From assembly GCA_963737155.1 (NCBI GenBank), contig CAVTRN010000001.1, positions 1,152,001-1,216,000 of the forward strand: 64,000 nucleotides of DNA. The letters run 5' to 3'. The notes under the pieces are model-generated. The model did no database searches, was not told where the DNA came from, and worked only from the letters and a program-made list of their open reading frames with translations. The first letter of the stretch is position 1; every line of letters begins with the position of its first letter. Origin of the DNA: Nitrospirota bacterium (lineage in GTDB: Bacteria > Nitrospirota > UBA9217). The translations under genes were made by a program, and so were the position numbers. This document shows positions 40,649-50,420 of this stretch, piece after piece.

Positions 40649-41428
40649 ATGACGAACGATAAACTTATCATAGCAGGAATAAAATTCCAATCCCGGCTCT
40701 GGGTGGGCACGGGAAAATACAAGGATTTTGCAGAAACGAAGAAAGCCATCGAGGTTTCCGGGACTGATGTAGTAACCGTGTCCGTGCGGCGCGTGAATAT
40801 CATCGACAAAAGCAAGGAAAACCTGCTCGATTATATCGATCCGAAAAAATACAAGATTCTGCCGAATACTGCGGGCTGCTACACGGCCAAGGACGCAATC
40901 CGCACGGCGATGCTGGCTGCGGAGGCTGGAATCACGAATCTCGTGAAGCTTGAAGTGATCGGCGACGAAAAGACGCTGTTCCCGGATAACGAAGCCACGC
41001 TTGAAGCAGCGAAGGTCCTTGTGAAGGAAGGCTTGATCGTGCTGCCCTACACCAGCGACGACCCGATCATGGCGAAGAAACTTGTGGACATAGGCTGCCC
41101 GGCTGTCATGCCGCTTGCTGCCCCTATCGGCTCCGGTCTCGGCATCAGGAATCCTTATAATATACTGATCATTATGGAAACAGTAAAGGTTCCGATCATT
41201 GTGGACGCGGGGGTGGGTACGGCGTCCGATGTGGCGCTTGCCATGGAGCTGGGCTGTGACGCGGTCCTCCTGAACACGGCGATTGCTGGTGCAAAGGACC
41301 CGATTGCAATGGCAGAGGCAATGAAGTACGGCGTGCTCGGCGGTAGGCTTGCCTTCAAGGCGGGCCGGATAGCGAAGAAACTTTATGCAACAGCCAGCAG
41401 CCCACTGGACGGGATGATAGGAAGCTGA
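40649..41428 (+). CDS. thiG: Thiazole synthase
   Basis: [26 protein letters not shown]. Confidence 0.97.
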   Translation: MTNDKLIIAGIKFQSRLWVGTGKYKDFAETKKAIEVSGTDVVTVSVRRVNIIDKSKENLLDYIDPKKYKILPNTAGCYTAKDAIRTAMLAAEAGITNLVKLEVIGDEKTLFPDNEATLEAAKVLVKEGLIVLPYTSDDPIMAKKLVDIGCPAVMPLAAPIGSGLGIRNPYNILIIMETVKVPIIVDAGVGTASDVALAMELGCDAVLLNTAIAGAKDPIAMAEAMKYGVLGGRLAFKAGRIAKKLYATASSPLDGMIGS

Positions 41429-41506
41429 AAATTCGTATTGGGTAGAGAGAAGTGAACAGAGAATAAGCCCTATGTTTTCTGCCCATCTGAAGGCGAGGAG
41501 GTTGCG

Positions 41507-42163
41507 TTGTCGGTCGATTTCAAACTGTATCTCATCACTGACCGGAAACAAATTAAAATACCACTTCCAGAAGCTGTCAGGCTAGCTCTTTTGGGCGGAG
41601 TGAGAGCAATCCAGGTTCGGGAAAAAGACTTGCCGGTGAGGGATCTGCTTAGCCTTTCGCGCGAACTCAGAATATTAACTAAAGCATTCGGCGCAAAGCT
41701 TTTTATTAATGATCAAGTGGACATTGCCGTAGCAGTTGAGGCGGATGGCATCCATCTAGGCCACCAGAGTATGCCGGCATCAGCAGCCAGAAAAATCGTC
41801 GGTAATAAGATGTTGATCGGTGTTTCAACTCACAGTATTGATGAAGCCTGCGTGGCAGAGACAGATGGGTCTGATTTTATTACTTTCGGACCAATTTATA
41901 AAACGCCATCTAAATCAAAAATGGGGAAACCGATTGGTTTAGAGCTAATAAAAGACGTTGTCAAGGCTGTTAATATTCCTGTTTTCGCTATAGGTGGGAT
42001 ACATGGCAGAAATTTAGGTAATGCACTTTGGGCCGGAGCTTATGGGGTCTCCATGATATCAGCGATTTTCGGAGCAGAAGATATCGGGAAAAAGGCTAAG
42101 AATATAACGGAAATGATCCGGATTGTTGATAGATCAATCTGTGTCCAGTGCGGCCGAAAGTAA
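41507..42163 (+). CDS. thiE: Thiamine-phosphate synthase
   Basis: LYLITDR, QVREK, IND, GIHLG, GVSTHS, AIGGI. Confidence 0.93.
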   Translation: MSVDFKLYLITDRKQIKIPLPEAVRLALLGGVRAIQVREKDLPVRDLLSLSRELRILTKAFGAKLFINDQVDIAVAVEADGIHLGHQSMPASAARKIVGNKMLIGVSTHSIDEACVAETDGSDFITFGPIYKTPSKSKMGKPIGLELIKDVVKAVNIPVFAIGGIHGRNLGNALWAGAYGVSMISAIFGAEDIGKKAKNITEMIRIVDRSICVQCGRK

Positions 42164-42212
42164 TTGAAATTCCAAGGAGTTATGAAGACCAGAAAATCAA
42201 TTGAGGTGAGGA

Positions 42213-43511
42213 ATGAATCAGATACTTGAAGCGCGAAAGGGGAATAGGACCCCTGAGATGGAGGCCGTGTCAAGAACCGAGAGTGTAAGTGCTGATCTTG
42301 TTATGGAAGGTGTGGCCAAAGGTACGATTGTCATTACACGGAACAGCCGGCATGCATCCATCGCGCCGCTTGGCGTCGGCAAGGGGCTGCGCACGAAAAT
42401 CAATGCGAACATCGGGACCTCAAAAGACCGTATGTCTATTGAGGGAGAGATAGAAAAACTGAAAGCGGCTGTTGCCGCTGGTGCTGACGCTGTTATGGAT
42501 CTTTCAACCGGCGGACCTATTGTTGGTATTCGCAAAGAGATACTGAAACAGTCCACCGTGTCCATCGGCACCGTCCCTATCTACCAGGCTGCGGTCGAAA
42601 CCGTGGAGCAGGGAAAATCGATCGTTGAGATGGACCCCGATCTGTTATTCCGCGTGATTGAGGAACAGTCTGAGGAAGGTGTGGATTTCATAACAGTCCA
42701 CTGCGGCGTAACCATTGCGAGCGTGGAGCGGCTCAGGAAGCAGGGCAGGATCATGGATGTCGTCAGCCGCGGCGGGGCTTTTCACCTCGAATGGATAATT
42801 TGCAACGAGCGGGAGAACCCGCTGTTCACGCAGTATGACCGCCTCATCGAGATTGCGAAGAAATACGATGTTACGTTGTCGCTCGGCGACGGCATGCGGC
42901 CGGGATGTCTGGCTGATGCCACGGACCGGGCGCAAATCGAGGAGCTTATCACCTTGGGGGAGCTTCGGGACCGAGCCCACGAAGCGGGCGTGCAGGTCAT
43001 GATCGAAGGTCCCGGCCATGTGCCGATCAACCAGGTCGAAACGAACATGAAAATCCAGAAAGAGCTTTGCAAAGGAGCCCCATTCTATGTGCTTGGACCT
43101 CTCGTGACTGATGTGGCGCCGGGATATGATCATATTACCTCTGCCATCGGTGGCGCCATTGCAGGAGCTGCGGGGGCCGACTTCCTCTGCTATGTAACCC
43201 CTTCGGAACATCTGCGTCTGCCGGACCTTGACGATGTGCGTGAGGGTGTAGTCGCTTCACGCATAGCTGCGCACGCCGCCGACATCGCGAAAGGCGTCAA
43301 AGGCGCCATAGACTGGGACAACGAAATGGCGCGGCGGCGCAAAGCGTTGGACTGGGAAGGACAGATCGAGCTTTGTCTTGATCCAGTCAAGGCCCGCCGA
43401 TTACGCGAATCGAGTGTTCCGAAAGAATCCGATGTCTGCACCATGTGCGGCGAGTTCTGCTCAATGAAGGGAGTGAGCAAATACCTAAAAAAGGACGAGG
43501 CACGTCGGTAG
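42213..43511 (+). CDS. thiC: Phosphomethylpyrimidine synthase
   Basis: KINANIGTS, MDLSTGG, VSRGG, EGPGH, CTMCGEFC; in TPP-riboswitch cluster. Confidence 0.93.
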   Translation: MNQILEARKGNRTPEMEAVSRTESVSADLVMEGVAKGTIVITRNSRHASIAPLGVGKGLRTKINANIGTSKDRMSIEGEIEKLKAAVAAGADAVMDLSTGGPIVGIRKEILKQSTVSIGTVPIYQAAVETVEQGKSIVEMDPDLLFRVIEEQSEEGVDFITVHCGVTIASVERLRKQGRIMDVVSRGGAFHLEWIICNERENPLFTQYDRLIEIAKKYDVTLSLGDGMRPGCLADATDRAQIEELITLGELRDRAHEAGVQVMIEGPGHVPINQVETNMKIQKELCKGAPFYVLGPLVTDVAPGYDHITSAIGGAIAGAAGADFLCYVTPSEHLRLPDLDDVREGVVASRIAAHAADIAKGVKGAIDWDNEMARRRKALDWEGQIELCLDPVKARRLRESSVPKESDVCTMCGEFCSMKGVSKYLKKDEARR

Positions 43512-43550
43512 GATTCAGAAAAAATTCTTTTAAACAGGTTGAGGCAGATT

Positions 43551-44402
43551 ATGAAAAAAACTTTTGCAGTTCTTATCATTACCCTGGCAGCAATGTTTGG
43601 CGGTCTGTCCACTGGGGGCGCGGCCCCGAGGCCCCGGGTCGTTCTTACTCCGAGAAAAGCGGGCCCTGGAGACCTGCTGCTCATTACGGTAAAAAATTCC
43701 GGCGGTCCTGTTGAGGGGAAATTTGCAGGCCGGCGCATCTATTTCAATCCTGTGGGAAAGGCGATGAAGGCGGTCGTTGGCGTTGACCTGAACAGTGAGC
43801 CTGGTATGTATCCACTTGAACTCTTGATCAACGGGGCCAAGTACACCAGCGAAGTCAGAATCTTCAAAAAGAAATACCCTCTCCAGCGCCTCACGCTCCC
43901 CGAAAACAAGGTCATCCTCTCGCAGGAGAATGAGGCAAGGGCTGACCGAGAGCAAAAAAAGATGGGAATGATCTGGGCTGTGGAGTCCCTGCGCCAGTGG
44001 AATGGAAACTTCCGGAATCCGCTCCCGGGAAAAGAAATCACGACTCTGTTTGGCGTGCGACGTATCATCAACAATATCCCTAAAAGCTCCCATACCGGTG
44101 TGGACCTCGCCGCTAAAGAGGGTGATCCGGTTCGTGCGCCGAACGATGGTGTAGTCGTCTTAGCGGAAGATCTGTTTTACTCCGGCAACAGTCTAGTGCT
44201 TGATCATGGGCAGGGGATATACACCATGTTCTTTCACCTTTCGAAAATGAACGTTAGCCATGGACAGTCGGTGAAGAAGGGCGAAGTCATTGGCCTCGTC
44301 GGTGCAACCGGGAGGGTAACAGGTCCCTGCCTGCACTGGGGAGCTCGCGTCCAGGGCGCGCGTGTCGATCCGCTGGAATTGATTCATTTGAAATTGGAAT
44401 AA
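43551..44402 (+). CDS. M23-family metallopeptidase
   Basis: Signal peptide; HTGVD motif; final HxH appears as CLH. Confidence 0.88.
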   Translation: MKKTFAVLIITLAAMFGGLSTGGAAPRPRVVLTPRKAGPGDLLLITVKNSGGPVEGKFAGRRIYFNPVGKAMKAVVGVDLNSEPGMYPLELLINGAKYTSEVRIFKKKYPLQRLTLPENKVILSQENEARADREQKKMGMIWAVESLRQWNGNFRNPLPGKEITTLFGVRRIINNIPKSSHTGVDLAAKEGDPVRAPNDGVVVLAEDLFYSGNSLVLDHGQGIYTMFFHLSKMNVSHGQSVKKGEVIGLVGATGRVTGPCLHWGARVQGARVDPLELIHLKLE

Positions 44403-44485
44403 TTGTATCTTGCAAGACTGCCACCCGTCCCAACCCCGCCCCCTTTGTCAAAGAGGGTTGAGTGACGGGAAGTCGGAACAGATTC

Positions 44486-45253
44486 GTGACAAAACTCCTC
44501 TCCATAGCCGGCTCTGATCCTTCTTCGGGCGCCGGGATCCAAGTCGACTTGAAAACGTTTCAGGCCCTCGGCGTCTTCGGCATGGCTATCCCTGCGGCAC
44601 TCACGGTACAAAACAGCAGCGGGGTCTTAGAAGTTGAACCGCTCTCTGGTCAAATATTGTCAAAACAGCTGTATGCATTGCTTTCTGATATCAAGCCCCA
44701 TGCCATTAAAACAGGCATGCTCCTGACAAAACAGAATATGAATGCTGTGGCAAAAGCTGTGAAAAAGTTCAATGTCCGGAATCTGATCATTGATCCAGTG
44801 CTTCGTTCGAGTTCCGGCAGAATGCTGATTGAGCCCGATGCTGTTGAAGCACTCAAGAAAAAACTTATTCCCCTTGCTCTAATAGTAACCCCTAATATTC
44901 CTGAGGCTGAAGTTCTTGCGGGGATGTCGATCAGATCGGAGAAGGACATGGATTTCGCTGCCGGCAGGATCCTTGACAGGGGACCGTCATATGTATTGAT
45001 TAAGGGAGGGCATAGGCGAGGCCCCGCAATTGATACCCTCTATGGCGGCAAAAGGGTGTTCACCTTTTCCACATTGAGGCGAGAAGGAGAGTTTCACGGC
45101 ACGGGCTGTGTACTAGCATCAGCTTTGGCAGTGTTTATAGCGGAGGGATTACCTGTGGAAAAGGCTGTGGAAAATGCGAAACAGTTTGTGGACAAGATGT
45201 TGAAAATCGCGAAACCGCTGGGAAAGAACCGGACCAAGTACTTTCAGTTTTAA
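44486..45253 (+). CDS. thiD: Hydroxymethylpyrimidine/phosphomethylpyrimidine kinase
   Basis: IAGSDPSSGAGIQ, KTGML, TPNIPEA, HGTGC. Confidence 0.95.
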   Translation: MTKLLSIAGSDPSSGAGIQVDLKTFQALGVFGMAIPAALTVQNSSGVLEVEPLSGQILSKQLYALLSDIKPHAIKTGMLLTKQNMNAVAKAVKKFNVRNLIIDPVLRSSSGRMLIEPDAVEALKKKLIPLALIVTPNIPEAEVLAGMSIRSEKDMDFAAGRILDRGPSYVLIKGGHRRGPAIDTLYGGKRVFTFSTLRREGEFHGTGCVLASALAVFIAEGLPVEKAVENAKQFVDKMLKIAKPLGKNRTKYFQF

Positions 45254-45343
45254 CTTGCAATTCTACCTTGCTACAGGGTCACCGCATAGAGGGAAGAGTT
45301 GAAACCGTAGGATTCTCATAAGGTAATCGTCTTCCCTTTTATA

Positions 45344-45374
45344 GATACCCCGCAGCTTGCTGCGGGGAGGTTCG
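45344..45374 (+). repeat. REP/IS200-IS605-type palindrome
   Basis: CCCCGCAGC-TT-GCTGCGGGG followed by AGGTTC. Confidence 0.55.
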
Positions 45375-45773
45375 TTGTTCAGGATGTTTGGCTGTACTTA
45401 GCGGGCTGTAATCAGGTGCAACCAAAGCGTTGTCATCTAATATCCGATTCAGAAACCTCCGACTTTTCTATCTTCGACTAACTTCAGAAACTTAGTATAT
45501 GGTTTACTCGTCAACATCAAATTCTTCATCTCCGGCCCGACATATTCGTTGACCATAAAACTCTGGGTCATGGACGAATGATATTTGCCGATATTTTGAA
45601 CGTCTTTGTAGTTGCTTTTGTGTATGTCGAGTTCGCGGGGCTGATGAGCCTGTTGCTCAAACCATTTTTTGTGAAATACGACCATTGATTTTATTGAACA
45701 TATTTTTTACAAAATGATCCAAAAGGCTATTTGTGCAACAGGCTCTGATATCACAAGTTTATCCTCCTAAGCC

Positions 45774-45809
45774 GAAAACCCTGTCTTTTCAGAACGGGGA
45801 TATAAGGCG
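45774..45809 (+). repeat. IS200/IS605 end-like hairpin
   Basis: GAAAACCCTGTCTTTTCAGAACGGGGATATAAGGCG. Confidence 0.5.
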
Positions 45810-46091
45810 CTGGTTGCGAAGCAGCCAGAGGTGCCTTTACCACTAATGAGTGGACAATGATCACTAGCATGATATACGCAATAACGATGGCTGAACCCAC
45901 TAAAGATATCCCAGTAAGCATCATTCAACTTGTTCACGATGGATCCAATATTTATGATAGCTTGCTGGATCTTATGGCACCATCGGCAATTACCGTAGTT
46001 TGGGCATTACAAGTGATTAGTAATGAAGATGTTATTATCATAGAGGGCCGGATTGATAAACATCCGATAAGAATCGTGTTTAAAAACAGCT

Positions 46092-46199
46092 TGTGACATT
46101 TTTTGTCAGTGTGTAATGACAAACGGTAATGGCATTCTGATGTTATATTTTCTTAGTTAATTGAAATTACTAACTTTATATAATGGCATATATTATGCT
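46092..46199 (+). promoter_or_regulatory. sigma54 promoter with upstream enhancer-like inverted repeat (PilR-type)
   Basis: TGGCATATATTATGCT (GG-N10-GC) at 46184-46199; TGACA-N5-TGTCA at 46094-46108. Confidence 0.7.
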
Positions 46200-46336
46200 T
46201 TCTTTAATAGTAAGAATAGAAAACGTAAACAAATGGAGAGGAATTAGTATGCATTGTAAAGCTTTTAACAGTGAGTATTGATGATATATAGGAATTTTGT
46301 AAATCCATCACAAGTAATTTTATAGGAGGTAATCAA

Positions 46337-46912
46337 ATGAAATTTAAAAACAGCCAAGGATTTACCCTTATCGAACTCCTCATTGTAGTGGCTATCATTG
46401 CCATTTTGGCTGCTATTGCCATTCCGCAGTTTTCTCAGTATCGTGTGAAAGGTTATAATGCTGCTGCATTGGCTGACCTGCGCAATGCCCGCACTTCGGA
46501 AGAAGCTTTCTACTCTGACTGGCAGGCATATGTATCGACTGCGGGTAATGGTGCCACTGGCAATGTGATCACCAACGCAACGATTAGCACTATGATTGCT
46601 CAAAATGCAATTGATGGTTCAACAATTCCATCCTCTGCTACGTACATAAATTTTGGTCTTTCCCAAAACGACTCTTTATTAATTAATGCAAATGATTCAG
46701 GTAATACTTATACCGGAGTTTCAGATAATACTTCGGGAAATCGCTGTTATGGTATGGATTCCACAACGACGTCTCTATATTGGTCCCAAAATGTTACCGG
46801 CTCTGCCTTAGGCGCAGAGGTTAAGCCTAGTGATATATCTGGAACTGCTACTACCAATAACTTGGTTAATGCTCCCGCCGGAGTTTGCGCGATCGTTTGG
46901 ACAACATTGTAA
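46337..46912 (+). CDS. pilA: Type IVa major pilin
   Basis: G|FTLIELLIVVAIIAILAAIAIPQF prepilin motif; C-terminal Cys pair; AGGAGG RBS. Confidence 0.92.
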   Translation: MKFKNSQGFTLIELLIVVAIIAILAAIAIPQFSQYRVKGYNAAALADLRNARTSEEAFYSDWQAYVSTAGNGATGNVITNATISTMIAQNAIDGSTIPSSATYINFGLSQNDSLLINANDSGNTYTGVSDNTSGNRCYGMDSTTTSLYWSQNVTGSALGAEVKPSDISGTATTNNLVNAPAGVCAIVWTTL

Positions 46913-47314
46913 CCAATTTATAAGCCATAGTATCAACATAAAATATATACAGGCCGGGGTATCTCCTGCCTGTATACTTATGAAAACACCATTTCTCAGA
47001 AGGCTCATTTTGGAAACTGTTCAAATCATTAGCTTCATTCGTATTAAAGTTGAAAAGGACTCTCAAAGGTAATTCTTCTGATAAAGGAACTAACTATCGC
47101 CATCCACCATGAAGCAGGAATCCCGTGTTTTCAGTCAGTTGAGAGTTCTTCTGGATTCCCGACTACGCGGGTTGACTGTATGAAATGTTTTTTCCTCAGT
47201 AACAAGCATCTCTCAACTTGTTGCGAAAGATCAATTATTTTTATTTGAGCGATACTTTGACAAAGAACTAGATAAAACCACCGGGGGCAATTACCGAAAA
47301 GCATACAGTCTTAA

Positions 47315-49315
47315 CCCATCTTCCGCAGTTTGATCATCTTTTAAACTATTTTGAGCCGGTTTGAGCAACCAACTTATTGATTTTTTTAATGGTGATCTTT
47401 GAAAACCGCGTGTAGTGCCGACCACCCTCTTGCCTCCCTCGTTCTTTTCAGCGATAATGCGAGCAGAGGAGAACAAGGTAGATGTACTTGCGTCGACGCC
47501 GTCGTAAAAAAAATGGAACTGAATACGAGTCGTGGGCACTTGTAGAATCTATTCGTACTGCCAAGGGGCCGCGCCAGACCACCGTCGCTACCATCGGCAA
47601 GCTACCCGGCCTCGATCGGGAAGAGCGAGTGGGATGGGGAGAGATCGGGCGAATCCTGGACGGTAAACCAGCGCCGTCCCTTTCGCTATTTGACAAAAAC
47701 GATGATATCCCGTCGTGGGCGACGGTCAATGTCAAAGGAGTGCAAGTTGATCGCCTGCGCTCTTTTGGTGATGTCTATCTTGCACTTGCGATGTGGAGGA
47801 GACTCAGGCTTTCGGAATTTTGTGAAGAGCATATCAAGGTTGGAAGAGAAGAAGTACCGTGGTCGATCATGGCCTGCATTTTGACTCTGGCACGATTCTG
47901 CGCACCATCCTCGGATCTCCAAGTGGCCGACTTCTGGTATGGCACAACTGCACTGGATGATCTGTTGGGCGTGCCCAAAGAGAAGATCAACGATGACCGG
48001 CTCTACCGGGCACTTGATGCCCTGCTGCCCCACAAGGAGGCCCTATGCAGGCATCTGCAGCAGCGGTACGGAGAACTATTCGGGACACGGTTCGATTTTC
48101 TCTTTTACGACATCACGTCGACATATTTTGAAGGGGCCATGACGGGGAACTCGCAAGCAAAGCGCGGATACAGTCGAGACGGCCGGCCTGATTGTGTCCA
48201 GGTTACCATCGGGCTTGTGGCGAGCAAAGAGGGACTGCCGTTGGCCTTTGAAGTCTTCGATGGGAACCGGACCGATGTGACTACCGTAGAAGAGATGGTC
48301 GAGACAATGGCAACGAAATACGGCAAGGCCGAGCGCATATGGGTGATGGATCGCGGCATGGTGAGTGAAGAGAATCTCGAATATATGCGCGAGCAGGGAG
48401 CCCGATATCTGGTCGGCACGCCCAAGGCCATGCTTAAGAAATTCGAGCGTGAGTTGCTTATGGAGAACTGGCAAACAGTCCGGCCCGATGTGGAGATCAA
48501 GCTCTGCCCGTCACCTGACGGCAGCGAAGAAACGTTCCTTCTGTGCCGTTCAAAAGGACGCAAAGAGAAGGAAGAAGCGATTCTGAACCGGTTCATCACC
48601 CGGTTGGAAGAAGGCCTTACAAAAATGCAGAATCAGGCCAGCGCGGGCAAACTCCGGGATAAGCAGAAGGTAGAACGAAGAATCGGCAGGCTTCTCGAAC
48701 GGAATAGCCGTGCGGCATCATTGTACGAAGTCCTGGTCTCTGAGACAGGAAGCGGCAAAGACACACGCCTAAGCATCACAATCACCAAAAACGAAGAACG
48801 ATACAACTGGGCGCTCAAAACAAGCGGCAGCTATCTCTTGCGTACGAACTGGCCCGAACGCGATCCGCAGGAGCTGTGGAAGACCTATATCGAGCTGACG
48901 CAGGTGGAGGATGCTTTTCGCATAAGCAAAAGCGATCTTGGTATGCGACCAATCTTCCATCAGAAGAAAGATCGCACCCAGGCGCACATCCTTGTGTGTT
49001 TCCTCTCACTCGCCATGTGGCGGATGCTCTCGCACTGGATGTCCTGTTCCGGCATCGGCAGCGCGCCAAGGAAACTAATCGAAGAACTGCGTATTGTAAA
49101 ATCGCTCGACGTGTTGTTGCCAACACGCGATAAGACAATCAGACTTCGGGTGGTGAGCAAGGCGCCGAAGGACCTACAGCCGCTTCTTCAGAGACTCAAG
49201 CTGCCGTTACCGAACAGACCGAAGATAGTTGAAAATGTAGTGCCGACTTTTGCCAATTGTGCAAGCTAAGAAACTGATTTATTGGAACTTTGAATTTTTT
49301 ACTGCGGAAGATGGG
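47315..49315 (+). mobile_element. IS1634-family insertion sequence, copy 2
   Basis: Perfect TIRs CCCATCTTCCGCAG / CTGCGGAAGATGGG; TTAA at 47311-47314 and 49316-49319. Confidence 0.92.
47482..49269 (+). CDS. IS1634-family DDE transposase (intact)
   Basis: YDITSTYFEG, GYSRDGRPD, VMDRGM, VEDAFR, RPIFH. Confidence 0.93.
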   Translation: MYLRRRRRKKNGTEYESWALVESIRTAKGPRQTTVATIGKLPGLDREERVGWGEIGRILDGKPAPSLSLFDKNDDIPSWATVNVKGVQVDRLRSFGDVYLALAMWRRLRLSEFCEEHIKVGREEVPWSIMACILTLARFCAPSSDLQVADFWYGTTALDDLLGVPKEKINDDRLYRALDALLPHKEALCRHLQQRYGELFGTRFDFLFYDITSTYFEGAMTGNSQAKRGYSRDGRPDCVQVTIGLVASKEGLPLAFEVFDGNRTDVTTVEEMVETMATKYGKAERIWVMDRGMVSEENLEYMREQGARYLVGTPKAMLKKFERELLMENWQTVRPDVEIKLCPSPDGSEETFLLCRSKGRKEKEEAILNRFITRLEEGLTKMQNQASAGKLRDKQKVERRIGRLLERNSRAASLYEVLVSETGSGKDTRLSITITKNEERYNWALKTSGSYLLRTNWPERDPQELWKTYIELTQVEDAFRISKSDLGMRPIFHQKKDRTQAHILVCFLSLAMWRMLSHWMSCSGIGSAPRKLIEELRIVKSLDVLLPTRDKTIRLRVVSKAPKDLQPLLQRLKLPLPNRPKIVENVVPTFANCAS

Positions 49316-49319
49316 TTAA

Positions 49320-49914
49320 TCAAAAACAGTCTCGTTAACATTAACCTGTTTCACAGCTTATCCAAAGCTATTGTCAACGATGCAGAGGCTCGCGGCTCTC
49401 CACGATCATCGTGGGGGACCTCAATGGCATTAGAGATGGAAAAGACTAGGGGAAAAAGGGGAATCAGCAACTTCACAAACGCCGTTTGACCGGATCATCA
49501 GAATGCTCACGTACAAAGCCTGGATGAAAGGTATCCGCGTTGTGAAAATAGATGAGAGCTATACGAGCCAAACCTGTTGCATTTGTCGAGGCCACGATGC
49601 CCACGATTAGCTTTTCGCTTTGCATCACATACGCAACCAATGCGGAGATGTAATTAATACTGACGCAAACGAAGAATCAACATCCTGAAAAAGTATCGCC
49701 CGGGGCAAATAAATATCTCTTTGAGTAGTGGGTGCCTGGTACAGCTTGCGGTTAACTGGTTTGCCTGGAGAAATACCAGGCCAGCTACATCAGTCCATAA
49801 ACCGGGAACAAGGCAAACTTCCCTGCCGCGTCTGCGAAGAGAATCTGCAGTGGCTTGGAGCAGCTGTAGAGCCTGATTCAGGAATCTTCCGCCTTAAGGC
49901 CAGGAGGAGGTCAA
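49320..49914 (+). pseudogene. tnpB: IS200/IS605 tnpB C-terminal remnant with omega-RNA region and right end
   Basis: FHSLSKAIV..TIIVGDL..GNQQLH..FDRIIRMLTYKA..DESYTSQTCCIC..INTDAN..INILKKY across frames; right end GGAATCTTCCGCCTTAAGGCCAGGAGGAGGTCAA. Confidence 0.85.
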
Positions 49915-50420
49915 CTGTTCCGATTCGTGTCCGGGTCAGAGAGCGGGTTGAAAATATACGATGTCAATCGACCGTCTATGAAACTTGCTCACACTGCCCT
50001 TGATCGCTTCCGTCCTCTTTCTCAATCTCGAAGACTATGCCAATAACTAGGCGTCCAGTGATCCGGAATGCGTCTTTATCCACTCTCTTTAATGGTTTTT
50101 TATAGATGACGCGTATTGCATAAATTTATATGAAGTGTCCAGTCAAGGGGATATAAATCCTTGAGCCATGTCACTGGTGAAACGTAAGAGTAGTATTGGT
50201 GACACCTTTTTACTCGTGACAACTAGTTTATATTTTTTTATGCCGACGTCTTCCTTCATGGTACTGCGGAGTATCTGTCTCATAACAACTTGCTTTTTGT
50301 TTTAGAGTTGCCGATATAAGGTATTCGTGATAGAATCCAACGCATTATTTAACCGCTGAGCGAAAAGAGTAGAAGATACATGGACAACTGTCTATTCGTA
50401 GTTCTGCAGGGGAGGTTGTA

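Noticed and set aside
42213-43511. ThiC homolog as BzaA/B/F (benzimidazole synthesis), given nearby cob genes
   Set aside because: It lies in thiS-thiG-thiE-thiC under a TPP riboswitch, and no cobalamin riboswitch was seen
45449-46096. Two short ORFs (78 and 79 aa) between thiD and pilA
   Set aside because: No clear RBS or motif and embedded in IS debris, so not supportable as genes
46337-46912. Electrically conductive e-pilin
   Set aside because: By hand count about 15 of 183 mature residues are aromatic, with a 37-residue aromatic-free gap after Y57, which fails commonly used e-pilin heuristics
46337-49914. TldR-like RNA-guided repressor system paired with the pilin
   Set aside because: tnpB is truncated, frameshifted and IS-interrupted, and I saw no match between the putative guide and the pilA promoter
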